Shown in pieces: positions 13,549 through 27,194 of a stretch of DNA of 64,000 nt. The notes beneath the pieces were generated by a model that saw only the letters and a program-made list of their open reading frames with translations, did no database searches and had not been told where the DNA came from. Numbering within the stretch: the stretch's first letter is position 1; each line of letters opens with the position of its first letter. The DNA is from Conger conger. Lineage: Eukaryota. Both the position numbers and the translations under genes were made by a program. The stretch covers positions 49,925,777-49,989,776 of the forward strand of contig NC_083761.1 in the NCBI RefSeq assembly GCF_963514075.1, given 5' to 3'.

Positions 13549-16310
13549 CCAGGGGCCTCATTTATAAGCGTTGCGTAGGCACAAAAGAATGCGTACGCCA
13601 CTTTCTAAGCAAACTTTGGCATTTATAAAAAACGAACTTGACGGGAAAATGTGCGGTTCTCCACGGAAACTCTGACCCATGCGTACGCACGTTAACTGGA
13701 GAAATGAGAAACTGTGCCTTTAATGCTCGTGACGTAAGACCAGGAAAACGGGAAGTGAAACAGGATGTAAAAAGGTATAAAGATTTGCCGGGAGTTGTGG
13801 CTGGGTATGGCTGCTGTAAGGACGTGCGTCGTCCATGATATACTTATTAAAGTGTTGTATTGTTGAATCTCGCTATACGGGTTCTCTCCCTTCCTAAGTG
13901 CAACTCAACATTTGGCGACGAGAGAAGTCGAAAATGATATACGACAGATACCACTGTGTAAAATAAATCGAAATTGATTGTTGTTGATTGTACTCTTAAA
14001 GGGTTCTGATTTTCTGCATGTTTACCCTAGGACTCGGAACTATACTGTCCTCTCAGGTCCTCTTTGCACTTGTTTAATTTGCACTTCGTTGTACGTCGCT
14101 CTGGATAAGAGCGTCTGCTAAATGCCATGCAATGTAATGTAATGTAATGTAATGTAATGAAATATCACCTCTCACGTATCATATACGAAGAGTTAATTTG
14201 CAAAAACGTTTAAAAGCCTCTCTTACAACGAATAAACAAACAGCTGTTTGATTGATGCTCCCTGGAGTGCCCAAAAAATGATTTAGGATGATAAATATAA
14301 ACGGAGATGTTGTTGTAAAATAATCCCTCAAATATGTAGACGAATTGTTAAACAATACTTAATGTTATTAAATGTATTCTCATAAATAATATGGTGAACA
14401 GTCGGACAAATTGCGCTGCAAAGTGCAAATTTCGATTTATTTTACACAGTGGCATCTGTTGTATATCATTTTCGACTTCTCTCGTCGCCAAATGTTGTGT
14501 TGCACTTAGGAAGGGAGAGAACCCGTATAGCGAGATTCAACAACACAACACTTTAATAAGTATAACAGGGACGAAGCACGTCCTTACAGCAGCCATACCC
14601 AGCCACAACTCCCGGCAAATCTTTAAACCTTTTTACATCCTGTTTCACTTCCCGTTTTCCTGGTGTTACGTCACGAGCATTAAAGGCACAGTTTCTCATT
14701 TCTCCAGTTAATGTGCGTAGGCATGGGTCAGAGTTTCCGTGGAGGACCGCACATTTTCCCGTCAAGTTAGTTTTTTATAAATGCCAAAGTTTGCTTAGAA
14801 AGTGGCGTACGCATTCTTTTGTGCCTACGCAACGTTTATAAATGAGGCCCCAGGGGCCTCATTTATAAAACTGTGCTTAGGATTCACGTCAAAAGGTTGC
14901 GTAAGCATGAAACCTAGGACGTGCGTACGCAAAACAATATTCTTATTTATAAAACAGTGCATACGCACGTCCCACGCCAGTTTCCTTTATAAATCACAAT
15001 CAACTCTAAATGTGGTGCAACTTTGCCAGCTTCATGTCCCGCCCACAGTTGCCTATAAATAGGCAGTGAAACACCCCTAATGAATATGCATTTCACGAAG
15101 ACGACAATGGCAAACGCTGAAAAGAAGGCCAAGAAAGGGGATTTCAGCCATTTGATTGCCTCTGAAAAGCTACAGGTGTGGGAATTATCCTGATTGATTG
15201 TAAATGACGAACAGTTCTGCACAACGAATGTGATGACGATGATAATAATAATAATAATAATAGTAATACACGTTATTTGTCTAGCACCATTGAAAACACA
15301 GTTACAAAATTAAGAGATAAAACGAACAAAAATCCATAACAATAAGCACATTATAAAACATAATATATGAATATGATAACAATATATGAAACTATGCACT
15401 CGTATCTGCCCGACTGACGCATTGTAAACGGCATCAGTGCAGCGCAATTTGTCCGACTGTTCACCATATTATTTATGAGAATACATTTAATAACATGAAG
15501 TATTTTAACAATTCGTCTACATATTTGAGGGATTATTTTACAACAACATCTCCATTTATATTTATCATCCTAAATCATATTTTTTGGGCACTCCAGGGAG
15601 CATCAATCAAACAGCTGTTTGTTTATTCATTGTAAGAGAGGCTTTTATCCGTTTTTGCAAATTAACTCTTCACATATGATACGTGAGAAGTAATATTTCA
15701 TTACATTACATTACATTACATGGCATTTAGCAGACGCTCTTATCCAGAGCGACGTACAACAAAGTGCAAATTAAACACAAGAACAAGTGCAGAGGACCTG
15801 AGAGGACAGTATAGTTCTGAGTCCTAGTGTAAACATGCAGAAAATCAGAACCCTTTAAGAATACAATCAACAACAATCAATTTCGATTTATTTTACACAG
15901 TGGTATCTGTTGTGTATCATTTTCGACTTCTCTCGTCGCCAAATGTTGTGTTGCACTTAGGAAGGGAGAGAACCCGTATAGTGAGATTCAACAATACAAC
16001 ACTTTAATAAGTATAACAGGGACGAAGCACGTCCTTACAGCAGCCATACCCAGCCACAACTCCCGGCAAATCTTTATTATTATTACCTTTTTACATCCTG
16101 TTTCACTTCCCGTTTTCCTGGTCTTACGTCACGAGCATTAAAGGCACAGTTTCTCATTTCTACAGTTAATGTGCGTACGCATGGGTCAGAGTTTCCGTGG
16201 AGGACCGCACATTTTCCGGTCAAGTTAGTTTTTTATAAATGTCAAAGTTTGCTTAGAAAGTGGCGTACGCATTCTTTTGTGCCTACGCAACGTTTATAAA
16301 TGAGGCCCCA
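13549..16310. repeat. Composite palindromic repeat, possibly two adjacent non-autonomous DNA transposons. Unit U (13552-14420) reappears fully inverted at 15410-16310. The first ~440 bp of U are also inverted at 14420-14858. A SINE 3'-tail fragment is embedded in each copy. The remaining ~550 bp (14859-15410) is unique.
   Basis: Direct reading of the sequence shows that both halves begin aggggcctcatttataa and end ttataaatgaggcccc. They contain subterminal tttataaa and gcgtacgc motifs. ORFs 13638..13838(+) and 14553..14765(-) are the same repeat read in opposite orientations. Confidence 0.6.
15049..15175 (+). promoter_or_regulatory. TATA-box (ctataaatagg), followed about 50 bp later by ATG-initiated MANAEKKAKKGDFSHLIASEKLQ and a GT donor (CAG|gtgtgg), inside the unique part of the composite repeat.
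   Basis: TATA consensus at 15049-15060. The ATG at 15107 opens a 23-codon ORF ending at a donor-like site. No downstream exon could be identified. Confidence 0.2.
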
Positions 16311-16445
16311 GGTCTGTTGCAAGGTCTAGGATCATAAAGTAGGATGTCATCAATCATGAGGTCTGCCAGGCCAGTGGCTCCCAAACTCAGTCCCGGAATT
16401 TTTACAAGCAGTTCATTCGGCTTAATTTCGAGGGATTGTGTTAAC

Positions 16446-16796
16446 CACATTATGTCAGATATCGCTATGCATGCCATGAAGTATAACATTGTTCATATTG
16501 TGCTATATTGCTAACAATTACATTAATACATTTTTGACCAAATGAAAAAAACTGCAGTTAATCAGGTTTGGCTCTTTATCATTTTCTTTGTCTGGATTTG
16601 TTTCATTATCTTCCTGATGTTTAGTTTTAGTAGGCAAGTATCCACACTTTCACCAATTAGGAGCATATTGATTCAACTCAGGCTTTTTCTTTTTTTGACC
16701 ATTTAACAATTTACTTATTTTTATGCAGTTGTTTGCAATATAGCACAATATGAACTTATCCTACATGGCATGCATAGCTATATCTGACATAATGTG
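16446..16796. mobile_element. MITE-like element with ~35-bp terminal inverted repeats.
   Basis: cacattatgtcagatatcgctatgcatgccatg at the left end matches catggcatgcatagctatatctgacataatgtg at the right end. The inner portion also shows an inverted pair: ttgtgctatattgc / gcaatatagcacaa. Confidence 0.5.
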
Positions 16797-17808
16797 TAAT
16801 TGCTTTAGCATAAAAAAAATATAATTATATTGTATACAAATGTCTTCTTCACTCATCTTTATTAAGGGTGTGAATTATTTTGGTGGGTGGTATATGTAAG
16901 AAAATACTCATTACTGATACTTTAAGATATTTAACCCCCTTTGTGCAGATGCCAAATCTGGCCAATCCTGTTCCATTATTTAAGGCTTATTCTGTAACTC
17001 CGGATGTGAGCATTAGAGACTTGTAAAATGGCTTAAATGAAGCAAGAAACTTGTACATTTACATTTTACAATACTAACTAGTTTAGTTTCATGATTGTTA
17101 TAAATAATGGCGTACCACAAATACAAAAAATCTAGATGAAAATGCAAATATGAACTTAGTTTGCAATGAAATACTGAGTCACAAATGTAAAACAGACTAG
17201 CTATACATTTCTGGATCATGAACTCCTTGACGTCAAGTGTGTACCCTGGTATCCTTTATCTCCAAATATATGTATATGTATCAACTCCAAAATAAATGTC
17301 CAAAACATATTTGCTTGTGATACCAAGCTGCATTACTCCCTATTTCTTACTAGGCAGTCCAGCAACCGTTTTTTACTAGGCAGTCCAGCAGCAAGCAGAG
17401 TTAATGTTCATGCTTTAGATTTGCAAAATAAGTAATTTCACAGGTGCCTATATCAAAGGAATGGAGATGCTTTGAAATTGTAGTCAGAGCGCTTCGTACT
17501 CACAATCCCACTAACGGGGCAGTACAGAAAGAGTAAACAGAGTGCTGTACAAAGTGAATGAGTGACATTCTAAACCGATATCAAAAGAACTGCAATACAT
17601 TACCTGCCGATGTGACGACAAGCTTTACAGAAGTGCAAACCTAGCCCCATTGTATATTAAATTAACTACATTTCTATTGGGTATATTTTTGTTTGTTTTA
17701 TGTGTCCCTAGAGACAGTACTATTGTTGTATTTCGTTGCTTACTACATTTCAGTTTTCTCTCCACAAGTGGATATTATATGCAGTTTTCTCATTGGCCAC
17801 TGGGCTGT

Positions 17809-18246
17809 ATACAGTGCAGTCCATAAGTATTTGGACATTGGCATCTTTTGTTTTCACTCTATACCCCATCAAACAAACAGTTGAAATGAATTCACATGTG
17901 GTTAAGGTGCAGATTTTTGTTTTTTTTACATCCATATTGGGTTTACAAAATGTTTGCATCTTGTGGTGAACCCTCTGAGGTTATGCTGGCGTAGTCTCTT
18001 GATGGTCATCTTTGACACATCTACGCCTACATCTTGGGGAGTGTTCTTGATCTGTTGAAGTTACAAGGGGATTTTTCTTCACCATTTGAAGGATTCTTCT
18101 GTCTTTCACTACACTGGTCTTCCATGGTGTACCAGGTTGTTTGCCATTTCTGAGCTCACCAGTATGTTCTTGCCTCTTAGCAATGTATCAAACCATTGAT
18201 TGATTCTGACACACCTACTGTCCAAATACTTATGGACTGCACTGTA
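17809..18246. mobile_element. Short (~440 bp) Tc1 family-B deletion derivative.
   Basis: Bounded by tacagtgcagtccataagtatttggaca ... tgtccaaatacttatggactgcactgta. A further 3'-end fragment of the same family lies at ~18345-18430. Confidence 0.7.
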
Positions 18247-20738
18247 TGTATAAAAAGGATGTAATTCCTATACAGATCACCCAATATATCTGTAAATACC
18301 CTCAAATTAAAGGTGACAGTCTGCACTTTAACTTGATATTCATTGCTTCATTTCAAATCCAATGCGATGGATATGAAAAGACCAGAAATTGTGTCATTGT
18401 CCAAATACTTATGGATTGCACCATATATTTCATTGGACACAACCAAAAGCAATACAATGTACAAATGGACACAGAGGCCATTTTAAGTAAATGTCATTCT
18501 TATTGATGCAGTGTGTCTGTACAGGAATTAATGGAGCATTGTATTACAGCAACACAAGCACAGGGGCAGTGAAAAATAAGCTTGATGACAGACCGACAAT
18601 TATGATCACTCACTCTCAGTCATACAGTCTTACACAGAGATATTCACAATATTAGAATGTTTAGTTATCAGCTCATTTCAACTTTGTCAAAATTACAAAA
18701 TAACATCATTGTAATCATGGTCTTAGGAAGCATTAAAACAATACATTTTCAATCTAAGTGTTTCTAGATACATACTGTTGAGAAATATACAAATATAAAT
18801 ATATATGCATTCTATTAATATTGTCAAATAACCCATAACCTACAATGTAAAATAGTTCAGAGTAAAATATATGTGCATTACAGTAAGGCATTAAGATGTA
18901 CTGTCAGAGGTGGGGAGGCTCCTGAAGGAGAGGTATTTTATGGTTTGATCTGATAATAGCATGGCACAAAACATTCCCTTCTTGTCACCCGATTAGCCCA
19001 CTATAATTATTTTTAATTAACTGAACTGACTAAATAAGAGTTCATTCTGATAAACAACAATCCATACTTAATATTGTAACACTGACCAAATTCAAATCAA
19101 ACAAGAACACATTTATTGATATATTCATAAAAAAGTATTTTGTTGGGAAAATATTAGCTGGGTTGTAGCAAGGAGAACAAGTACAGTACCTACTTCAAGG
19201 TTCAGCAGTATATTCTGCTTACATTAGACCATTACACCCTTTAACCTTCCAGTCACAAATTTAATACAAGAACTGCAAAATTTTTGCTACATTAAAAAAA
19301 ACCAACACATGCACACACAACACAAACTGAAAGGCATTACCTATGCAACAAATTAGGCTCTTATGTTTTGAAGATATATATATATATATATATCTTCAAA
19401 AAATAGTGTGAATAAAAAATAAAATAAAAATCTCGCTGTATGCTAAAATATCTGGTGTCATTTTATATGGTACAATGGTTTAACACGGTGGAAATGTAGA
19501 TGAGGGCAGGAATCCCAATGTCCAGTTGCCTGAACCTTTGACGAGTCAACAATATGATGCCAGTACTGATACTTATAAATGGGATCTATGAGAGAATGAC
19601 AACAGCCAAGACAGTCATGCATCACCAACCCTATCAGTGGTCACGATAACAGTTTTGTATGCAGAAAATGAATTACAATTTTATTAGAAATTACAGTGCA
19701 TTCTATAAATGCAGATATTCCAAGGTTTTTTTTTAAAGGTTTTTATTAAATTTATTTTTTTAAGATTAGATGACCTCGACTTGAACCACAACAAAACAAT
19801 AACTGTTTCTTTGAGCCAATCATCTTTCAGTGTTTGAAATTTGTGTTGTTTATTGATCATAATATTTACACAGCCTTTGGTAGCATTGAAAGTGCTGTAT
19901 TTGAATGAAAAGCCAAAAATTTGATGTCACGCTGTAGCTATCTTGCCCAACATTAATTTAGTGTTGTTTTTTTTATATTACTCGTGGCAAAAACCTTTTC
20001 CCCAGAACGCCATAACATTGGTCTATTTGCTTCTTATTTCATCCCACTTCTGTTACAAGTGCCATGATAAAATTATGAATGACATACAATTGTTATTGTG
20101 AGTTGGCACATTATGGCAAAAAGTAATTTTCATCAAAGTGAGTAAATTGGTGTAAAACGCTGATTTTGAAATGTCCTGCATTCCACGGGATAGCGCAACC
20201 ACTGCCTGTTCTATGCACTTCCAGCAAAAGTATTGCCAAAATCCACTGTCACAAAGAAACCTGGATTATACTAGGTCACAGCAAGACTTTAGCTCTGGGA
20301 TAGAGCCATACAATCTGGCCTAGTGTCTGGTGTAGGACAATGCGTCAATGTGGCATTGGCACACAGACACTTCAGTATAATCCTACCACACACATAATGG
20401 CACAGTATCGTGTTCATAGATGAGTCCCTACGACAAAGGAAAAGGAACCAGCCAAGTTGTGTTGTGGAAGTTAACGCATACATTTTTATGAGACACTGCC
20501 AAGTCATACATATCTGTCAATCGATTCTAGCAAAAATCAAAATGCATATGTGACATGGTAATGACATTCAATAGTATACCTACAGACCTCTCCTTTAACA
20601 TTTGCATGTACTGTAATGTCGTAATGCCTCATGACTGTATCTGCCTAATAAAGGTGGAAAGCTATATTGTCTTGGCAACAACCAACTAGTCACATTTATT
20701 TGTTTAATCAATAATGCCTTTCAGGATACTGACATACA

Positions 20739-21050
20739 CTCAGTGAGCACTTTATTAGGTCTTTATTAGACTTATTTTTTTGACTTAAGTCTTCTGCTGC
20801 TGTAGCCTATCCACTCAGGTTTGACGCACTGTGTGTTCAGAGATGCTCTTCTGCATACCACTGTTGTAATGCATGGTTATTTGCAGTACTATCACCTTCC
20901 TGCCAGCTTTGACCCTTCTCCTCTGACCACTCTCATGAACAAAGCGTTTCTGGCCGCAGATTTGCATGAACAAGCCGGTGCACAGGCCTAATAATGTGAT
21001 CACTAAGTGTATATATACTGTATACACATACAGATATACCCCCATTCAGT
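20739..21050. mobile_element. Tc1 family-A deletion derivative with a transposase remnant.
   Basis: TIRs tacactcagtgagcactttattagg ... cctaataatgtgatcactaagtgtata. ORF 20815..21045 contains ...GQRRRVKAGRKVIVLQITMHYNSGMQKSISEHTVRQT, a typical Tc1 transposase segment. Confidence 0.7.
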
Positions 21051-24000
21051 GTTTCCCCATACAAGTTGTCATATGTTTCCTCGAGAGAAAAACATGAATA
21101 TATTTTAAAAATGAAGAAAATCCATAATTCAAAGATTATGACTTTCACCCAGAACACTCACAGCCTGCTGACAGCCACTAGCTTTGTTTACATGTGCAAG
21201 GCCAATGGACTTCAAAAAATATATATATTCCTAAATTAAAAACAGTAAGGAAAAAATTCTGAAACAAAAATCTCTTTGTGAATGCTGTGCTACCAAAACA
21301 AAGGGTATGTACTGAAGCAACCTGAGTGTTACTCAGAGACAAAGCAAAATTTGAGTAAAGGAAAGGAAAGGAACAAATCCCCACAGCACTAAGATTGCAT
21401 GATCTTGTTATGAATGAGCCAGTGGCACTATGGGAAGACATCGTGGCAACCACAAAAACCTGGAGGTCTCCAGAAAGTCACGAGTGTGAAAGCCATGCAC
21501 AGTGAAGCATACTTTAAGAAGTCTAATGTGTCTCTCCAGCAAAGGTGGAATGAAAGCACAATCACTACAAGATGATAATAAGAATATCCAAGTACAGACG
21601 CAATCTTGGCGATATCAGTAACTTGGTGCTGCTCTGACTGCAGTGGACCGTACGCAACAAGTGAAACCTGTGATAACCATTGGGGGCAGGGGGAACACTG
21701 TCCAGGCTGTCAAAACACGACCACAGGCGGTTTGAAAGAGCAGGGTAATTTGAGCATTCGGTTTGAATGCATAATACTTACCCACCAATCAAGAAGAGGG
21801 GCAGAGATGGGGCAATAAATTGCTTATGCTGATTTTAACCTACTTCTACATCAAGAATGTGGGTTGGGCTCCAGGTGAAAATGAACAAATGTTTTCACCT
21901 TTGGGTGGCAATGCATGTTATTTTTTTGCACAAAATGTGGTGGCATGGCTTAATTAGATCTTTTCTTTACTATAGGACTACTGTGATTCCAGGAGACTGG
22001 TTACTCCACTTTAGACCAGTTATTTAGTGTTTGTTACCGCTTTTTTGAGTTGTACTGACCGCCAGCAGCCAAGAATTGAGGCGGTGCAAGGTTGAGCAGC
22101 AGTAATTCAGTCTAGTCGAAGGTGGTGTTCAAAAGAAGCAGACTCAGGGAAAATAAATAACAAAAAAACTATGGGTTAAATCTGATGCCGTGGTTGGGTT
22201 GTAAAATTATGGATCTGAAAAGTGAAACAACATGATGTTGGCCAGGGCTGTTGGGATGGCCTGGAGCATGTGTCAGCAAGACCGCTTCTATGGCAAGAGA
22301 CCCGGGAGAATGAGTCCAGTGAAGACAGGCTTATTGATTAGATCTGTATATAATCTGTTGCTTATACTGATGAATCGTAAATGATGGGGGCAGCAATAGG
22401 ACGCAAGACACAGTTGGTACAAAGGAGGGTTGACACTACGGGACATTGAAAAGACTCCAGGGTTCTGGAGGACTGGCTGGATATGTGGTGACATGACCAT
22501 GTGCGAAGGCTTTGGAGAGGAGGGAGAAGAATCACCAGGGAGGGAAAATGCCATGGATAGTTTTGAAGAGGGAGCTGGAGAGTGAATTAAAGAGTGAGGG
22601 AAAGGTATGACAAAGTTATGGGACGTTAAATTGTAGCCTTCAGATTACATTTTTGGGTTTGGTGTGCAGATAGACACAGGACGCTTTATCATTACATTTG
22701 CAAGTCAGGAGACTAGCAAATTTGTACGTGTTTGTTTTTTATTATGATCATTAAGGGGGTTAGGGATGAAGTGAGCTACCATCTCTGGTGGACTCTGATC
22801 AGTCCTGCTGCTCTACCACCAAGCGACAAACCCAACAGCAGTATGCTTGCAGTCCCTTTCCATATAAGCCTTAAGTGGACTTTCTGTGAGAACATTTTTG
22901 AATAAGTTCATTGCAAACTTTTTAATGGAAAGCTGATATGTTCAAACGTATATGCACCAGAGCTATGCTCAACCATTTCAGTCACAAGCACTGTTCTGAC
23001 AGATTACCCATTCTTAAAGCTCTTACAGTATAACCAGCATCCTGACTACGGATATTTACAATCGCTGTAGCCTACAAACTGACGGTCAGTACTGATAGGA
23101 GTTTGAGAATTTCTCAAGATGAACAAACCATTTTGTGACTGCTATTAATCCATTAATTTAGCTTTTTCATGGTTAAACAAAGACAACTAATGTAATTTTT
23201 AAAGGGACAGTTTGTCTTCCTTGCATGGAATCCCAATTACGCCTAAAACGGTGTATTAATGGGAAATGGCCTAGTCTACAACTTGAAAGCATATCTTTCA
23301 TTTTGCTTAATGTTAATACCTATAGGCCTAATCATTTTAACAAACAAATTACTCTAGTAATTCAAATATTCTCATTTTACAAAAGTTAACAGTATAGGCA
23401 GAAAGTGTATGTGGCAACATCCGCTTTGAGAATCCTGATTTCTATCACAATGCCTTACTTAAAATCAAATCAAAGGCGGATTCTTTAGGAAACAGTAGAA
23501 ATATATGTTGAAGCAGTAGCCAAATAAAATAGGGTGACAATGATGGTTTAAAATTTCTTACAGTTAGCAGGCTATCCAGTCAAACAATGTCTCCAATGAG
23601 AGAGCGTAGGAGCTCCATCTGCAGGTAACATATGTAATTGCACAGAAAATGATTATAAGAAAGCTGTGGTTTGAAAGGGCTGCTACAATAATATCAATTC
23701 ATGGTGAGTTGGCTTAGTTATCCATAACCCTCAATCTGACAAACATGACAGCACTACTCATGCTGCCAAATTCATATAGTAAAGCAGTCAATGCAGCTAT
23801 TTCCCTAATAAATCCTCTTTTCATTGATCAGGGGTGTCCAATCTTATGTGAAAAGGGCTGATGTGTATTTTTCAGTTTAGCACTCCAACTCCTGATTCAA
23901 CTAATTAACTAATCATGGTCTTCAATCAAGATCTTGAACCGTAGATTCAGATGTGAAACGAAAACCTGCACCCACATTGGTTCTTTTTGGGCAAGACTGG

Positions 24001-25433
24001 ACACTGCTGTTATATGAGTTTTGAAAATGTAATAAATATGACAAAAAAGCAGCTCAAGTATCCGATTTCAATAAGTAATACAATTTTTATATTGCATTCA
24101 CGATTTTTAGAATGTTTTGAAGGATATACAAAGCTAAAAGCCAATTAGCCGTCACTGGGATGGACCGCAAGTCCACTGCGAAGCACTGTTCTTCTATTCA
24201 ATAGACTGTTAATTAAATTAGTAATTGTCTAAATTGAGCTATCTACCATATTACTGCCTTCACAGATAACAAGAATTGGCTTCCACTAAGCTATAAGCCA
24301 ATTTAAGACAAAAGCTTTTGACTCAAATTGGCTTATAGGTTAGTGAGAAACAAAAGATGCATTTGGAAAAATGAACACTTCATTCCTACTTTACTTTCAT
24401 CTTATCCTGCAGGGGCTTGAGTCTGAGAGGCTGGGAGACAGTCAGCAAGCGAGTGAGCAAGAACAAGTAAAAGTTTTGGAAAATTTAAACGGCTTTATTG
24501 CAGATTTTGAATATTTCTCCTAGAGTTTGTTTGTACACCTAATTTGTAACTGCTTTTAAAGAATTCATACCATGGGTTTACATGTATTGTGTTCCTTGCT
24601 TCTATAAAGATTTGTTAAAATTTAGCGTTTACCATTCATTGATATGTAACAATGCTGCACGGAACACATCACCAATAAATTAAAGTTAAAATGATGCCCT
24701 TATGTTGTGTTTCGGTTAGTGGTTTTTTCCACTGGAATGCATACTATTTGGAATAAGGGGTATACCTGCATACAGTATATAGCATTACAATACATGACTT
24801 TGCTGCTGAACAAAACTATACAGGTACCTCTTCAGAAGGATCACAAGCCTTCCTAAACAAACCATTCTAGTAGTGTGATTACCGTTTTATTCCAGATAAC
24901 AGTATATTGTTTGTCTCTTCCATTTCCATAACCAGGTTAGCTAGTGTATTTCATGCTAAGTAAATGAGTTCAAATGATGAACCTTCTCTACTTTCTGAGT
25001 CCAAATTCCTGTCTTTTGTTTTCTGTAAAGAGGATGGCTGAGGGGGGGGGTGGGGGTACAGCCACTAGGATTCCATGTTGGATCCTCTGAACACCCTACC
25101 CTCTACAGCTGGCTGAGTGATCGGAGTGAAGGACAGCAACAAACTGAGGACAGAATGAGAGAATGGGTTAGTATGATTCACACACACTTGCAGGACACAA
25201 CAGTACAGTAACACTGACACAGAGAGAAAGGTAACAGCACATACACACGCCGAGTAGACCATACCGTTTCTCTAAACGGGGCGAAGAGAGAAAAAGAGGG
25301 GATAGGCAGAAATTCACGGACATAAAACACATGGCAAGAGCAGAGAAAGGACATGCCCTCCCTCACCTTGACTGTTGCCCACGGTCTCTCTCACCCACCG
25401 GCTCTCTCTCCCCTATCCCTTTAGTCCTTCCTG

Positions 25434-25783
25434 CTAGCTGTGGGACTGGGGGGCTATGCCAGAACAATCGGACACCAGCAGCCCCACCCCGGTGTTCCCG
25501 CTGACAAACACGCTAGGTCCAGACACCATGTTGCCCAGGGAGATGGAGCTGCTGGACGCCGTGGTGGTGGTGATGGGGCTCGGGGTGGTGTGGGGGCTGG
25601 TGTGTGTGCCCATGTGGCCTTGCAGTTGGGTGGGGGTCTTGCAGTGCACCCCGCAGAGTTGACATAACAGGACACCTCCAGGCCCGGTTCCCCCAAATCC
25701 CCCTCTCTGACCCGCACTCTCCTTCCACTCCTGACCGTGGTGCTTCTGTGCGTGGACACGCAGGTATGTAAGAGTAGTAAAGC
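25434..25783 (-). CDS. MAZ: MAZ terminal coding exon encoding (S)FTTLTYLRVHAQKHHG...LLCQLCGVHCKTPTQLQGHMGTH... and ending SHS, with a stop at 25434.
   Basis: Matches human GFTTAAYLRIHAVKDHG...ILCKLCSVHCKTPAQLAGHMQTH. The acceptor is tccccag|GC. ORF is 25434..25808. Confidence 0.8.
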
Positions 25784-26686
25784 CTGGGGAGAAGGAGGGG
25801 AGAGGCACGGTTATACAGCATGCAATGCAGACTCAATGAGAGTGCGTACGGCACACAGGAGGACTAGATGCTATACAGTATACTGAATGAGCAAAGCCAC
25901 ACAGAGGCTCGGAGCTCTCTCGACTCTAGCTCTCTGCTTAAAAATAGGGTAAGCAGTTTAATATTTTGTCGTACAAATATTTATTTTCCTACATGGCTTC
26001 ACACCTGTTCTTCCATGAATGAGGAAACTTGGTTGCGGATTGCAACCAGGGTGGTATCGGCATGGCCATTGGCTAAACCTGGCCAGACAAATATCGGTTA
26101 CTAATGCCAGCGCACAATTTCCATATTCTGCATCCCTAAAAACGGCCTCAATTGCAATGTACAGTAGTAGTAGTGTAACCGGTGTAAAAGCGACATAAAG
26201 TACACACTGTTAATATCTGAACCATGAATTTTCAAGCCTGTTACAGGTGTGTGTAAGTTGCTGAAGTTGTTACATACAAAACATTGCCTGCTATGTACTA
26301 CACAGTTGCCGTTGGTAGAAGTAAACTAGTTTGATGAAACCATGCAGGAAATAAACTGTGGATGTTCATGTTTGACTGCGGGATTATATTGGAAAGAAGT
26401 TACTGATGAATTTTTCTGCACTTTGAAACCACCTTGGTACTAGGTTGAACTAGTGCAAATATTTAGAAAACGCACATTTCAGCAAAACTGTGAGGATGGA
26501 CTGATACTACTCCGGGTAATTAGAAATATACCTTAGAATTAGAAATGTACTTTTTGAGGGAACTGCCCCTTTTAGTTGAATCAGAACTGCTGAGCTAAAA
26601 TAATGTAACTATTATGCAACTCATTTTAAGTGGGCTGAAACAAAAGTGAGTAAATGTTTGAAATAGATGATAGAAATGGAACTCAC

Positions 26687-26858
26687 TGCGGTTGCAGAGG
26701 TGACAGGCATGGTGCTGTGATTGGTTGTGCACCCTCATGTGATCAGTGATGTAGGCTGCAGACAGCAGCTTGCCACAGATGTGACATGGCACTTTCTCCT
26801 CATGGCGGATCATGTGAGCTCGAAGCCGGTCACGTGTAGCAAATGCAGACTCGCACGT
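26687..26858 (-). CDS. MAZ: MAZ exon encoding TCESAFATRDRLRAHMIRHEEKVPCHICGKLLSAAYITDHMRVHNQSQHHACHLCNR.
   Basis: Matches human KCEAAFATKDRLRAHTVRHEEKVPCHVCGKMLSSAYISDHMKVHSQGPHHVCELCNK. The acceptor is gtgtag|ACG and the donor is CGCA|gtgagt. ORF is 26595..26813. Confidence 0.85.
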
Positions 26859-27130
26859 CTACACACAGGGACAAATTAAACGCAATAAAACTTTGACTCA
26901 TTGAACATGTGTCACATACAGTGGGGTGCAAAAATGTGGCCACTCCTGGTTTAAATGTCTGTTACAATTAATCCGTATGCGATCAAAAGCAAACCTGTGT
27001 GTGAAAAAAATCAAAAGTAATTTCATGTGTATACCAGCAGTTTTAAATATATTTAATTAAAAAATAAAAATCTAAATAAATATGGATGAAATCATATATA
27101 TCTTTATTTGTTATTTTATTCTGGAATTAC

Positions 27131-27194
27131 CTCACATTTGAAGGGTCTCTCCTTTGAATGGACCTGTCTTACATGACTGTTCAGATGATCAGGC
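27131..27194 (-). CDS. MAZ: MAZ 64-nt micro-exon encoding (R)PDHLNSHVRQVHSKERPFKCE.
   Basis: Matches human PDHLNSHVRQVHSTERPFKCE exactly apart from T->K. The acceptor is ttttcag|G and the donor is GAG|gtaatt. It restores the frame between the flanking exons. Confidence 0.8.

Noticed and set aside
13638-14765. Pair of 66- and 70-aa ORFs (MTGKCAVLHGNSDPC...) that look like a duplicated small gene
   Set aside because: They are the same segment of the palindromic repeat read on opposite strands (arms of the inverted repeat). They have no splice or start context and no similarity to known domains.
24404-24476. Exon-like piece (tcctgcag|GGGCTTGAGTCTGAGAGG...CAAG|gtaaaag) on the plus strand
   Set aside because: It lies antisense within the probable MAZ 3'UTR, and there is no ORF continuity or partner exon. 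The splice-like motifs are probably fortuitous.
25440-25854. Multiple overlapping ORFs on both strands in a GC-rich patch
   Set aside because: Only the minus-strand frame containing the C2H2 finger (LLCQLCGVHCKTPTQLQGHMGTH) matches MAZ. The others are alternative-frame or antisense artefacts of GC-rich coding sequence.
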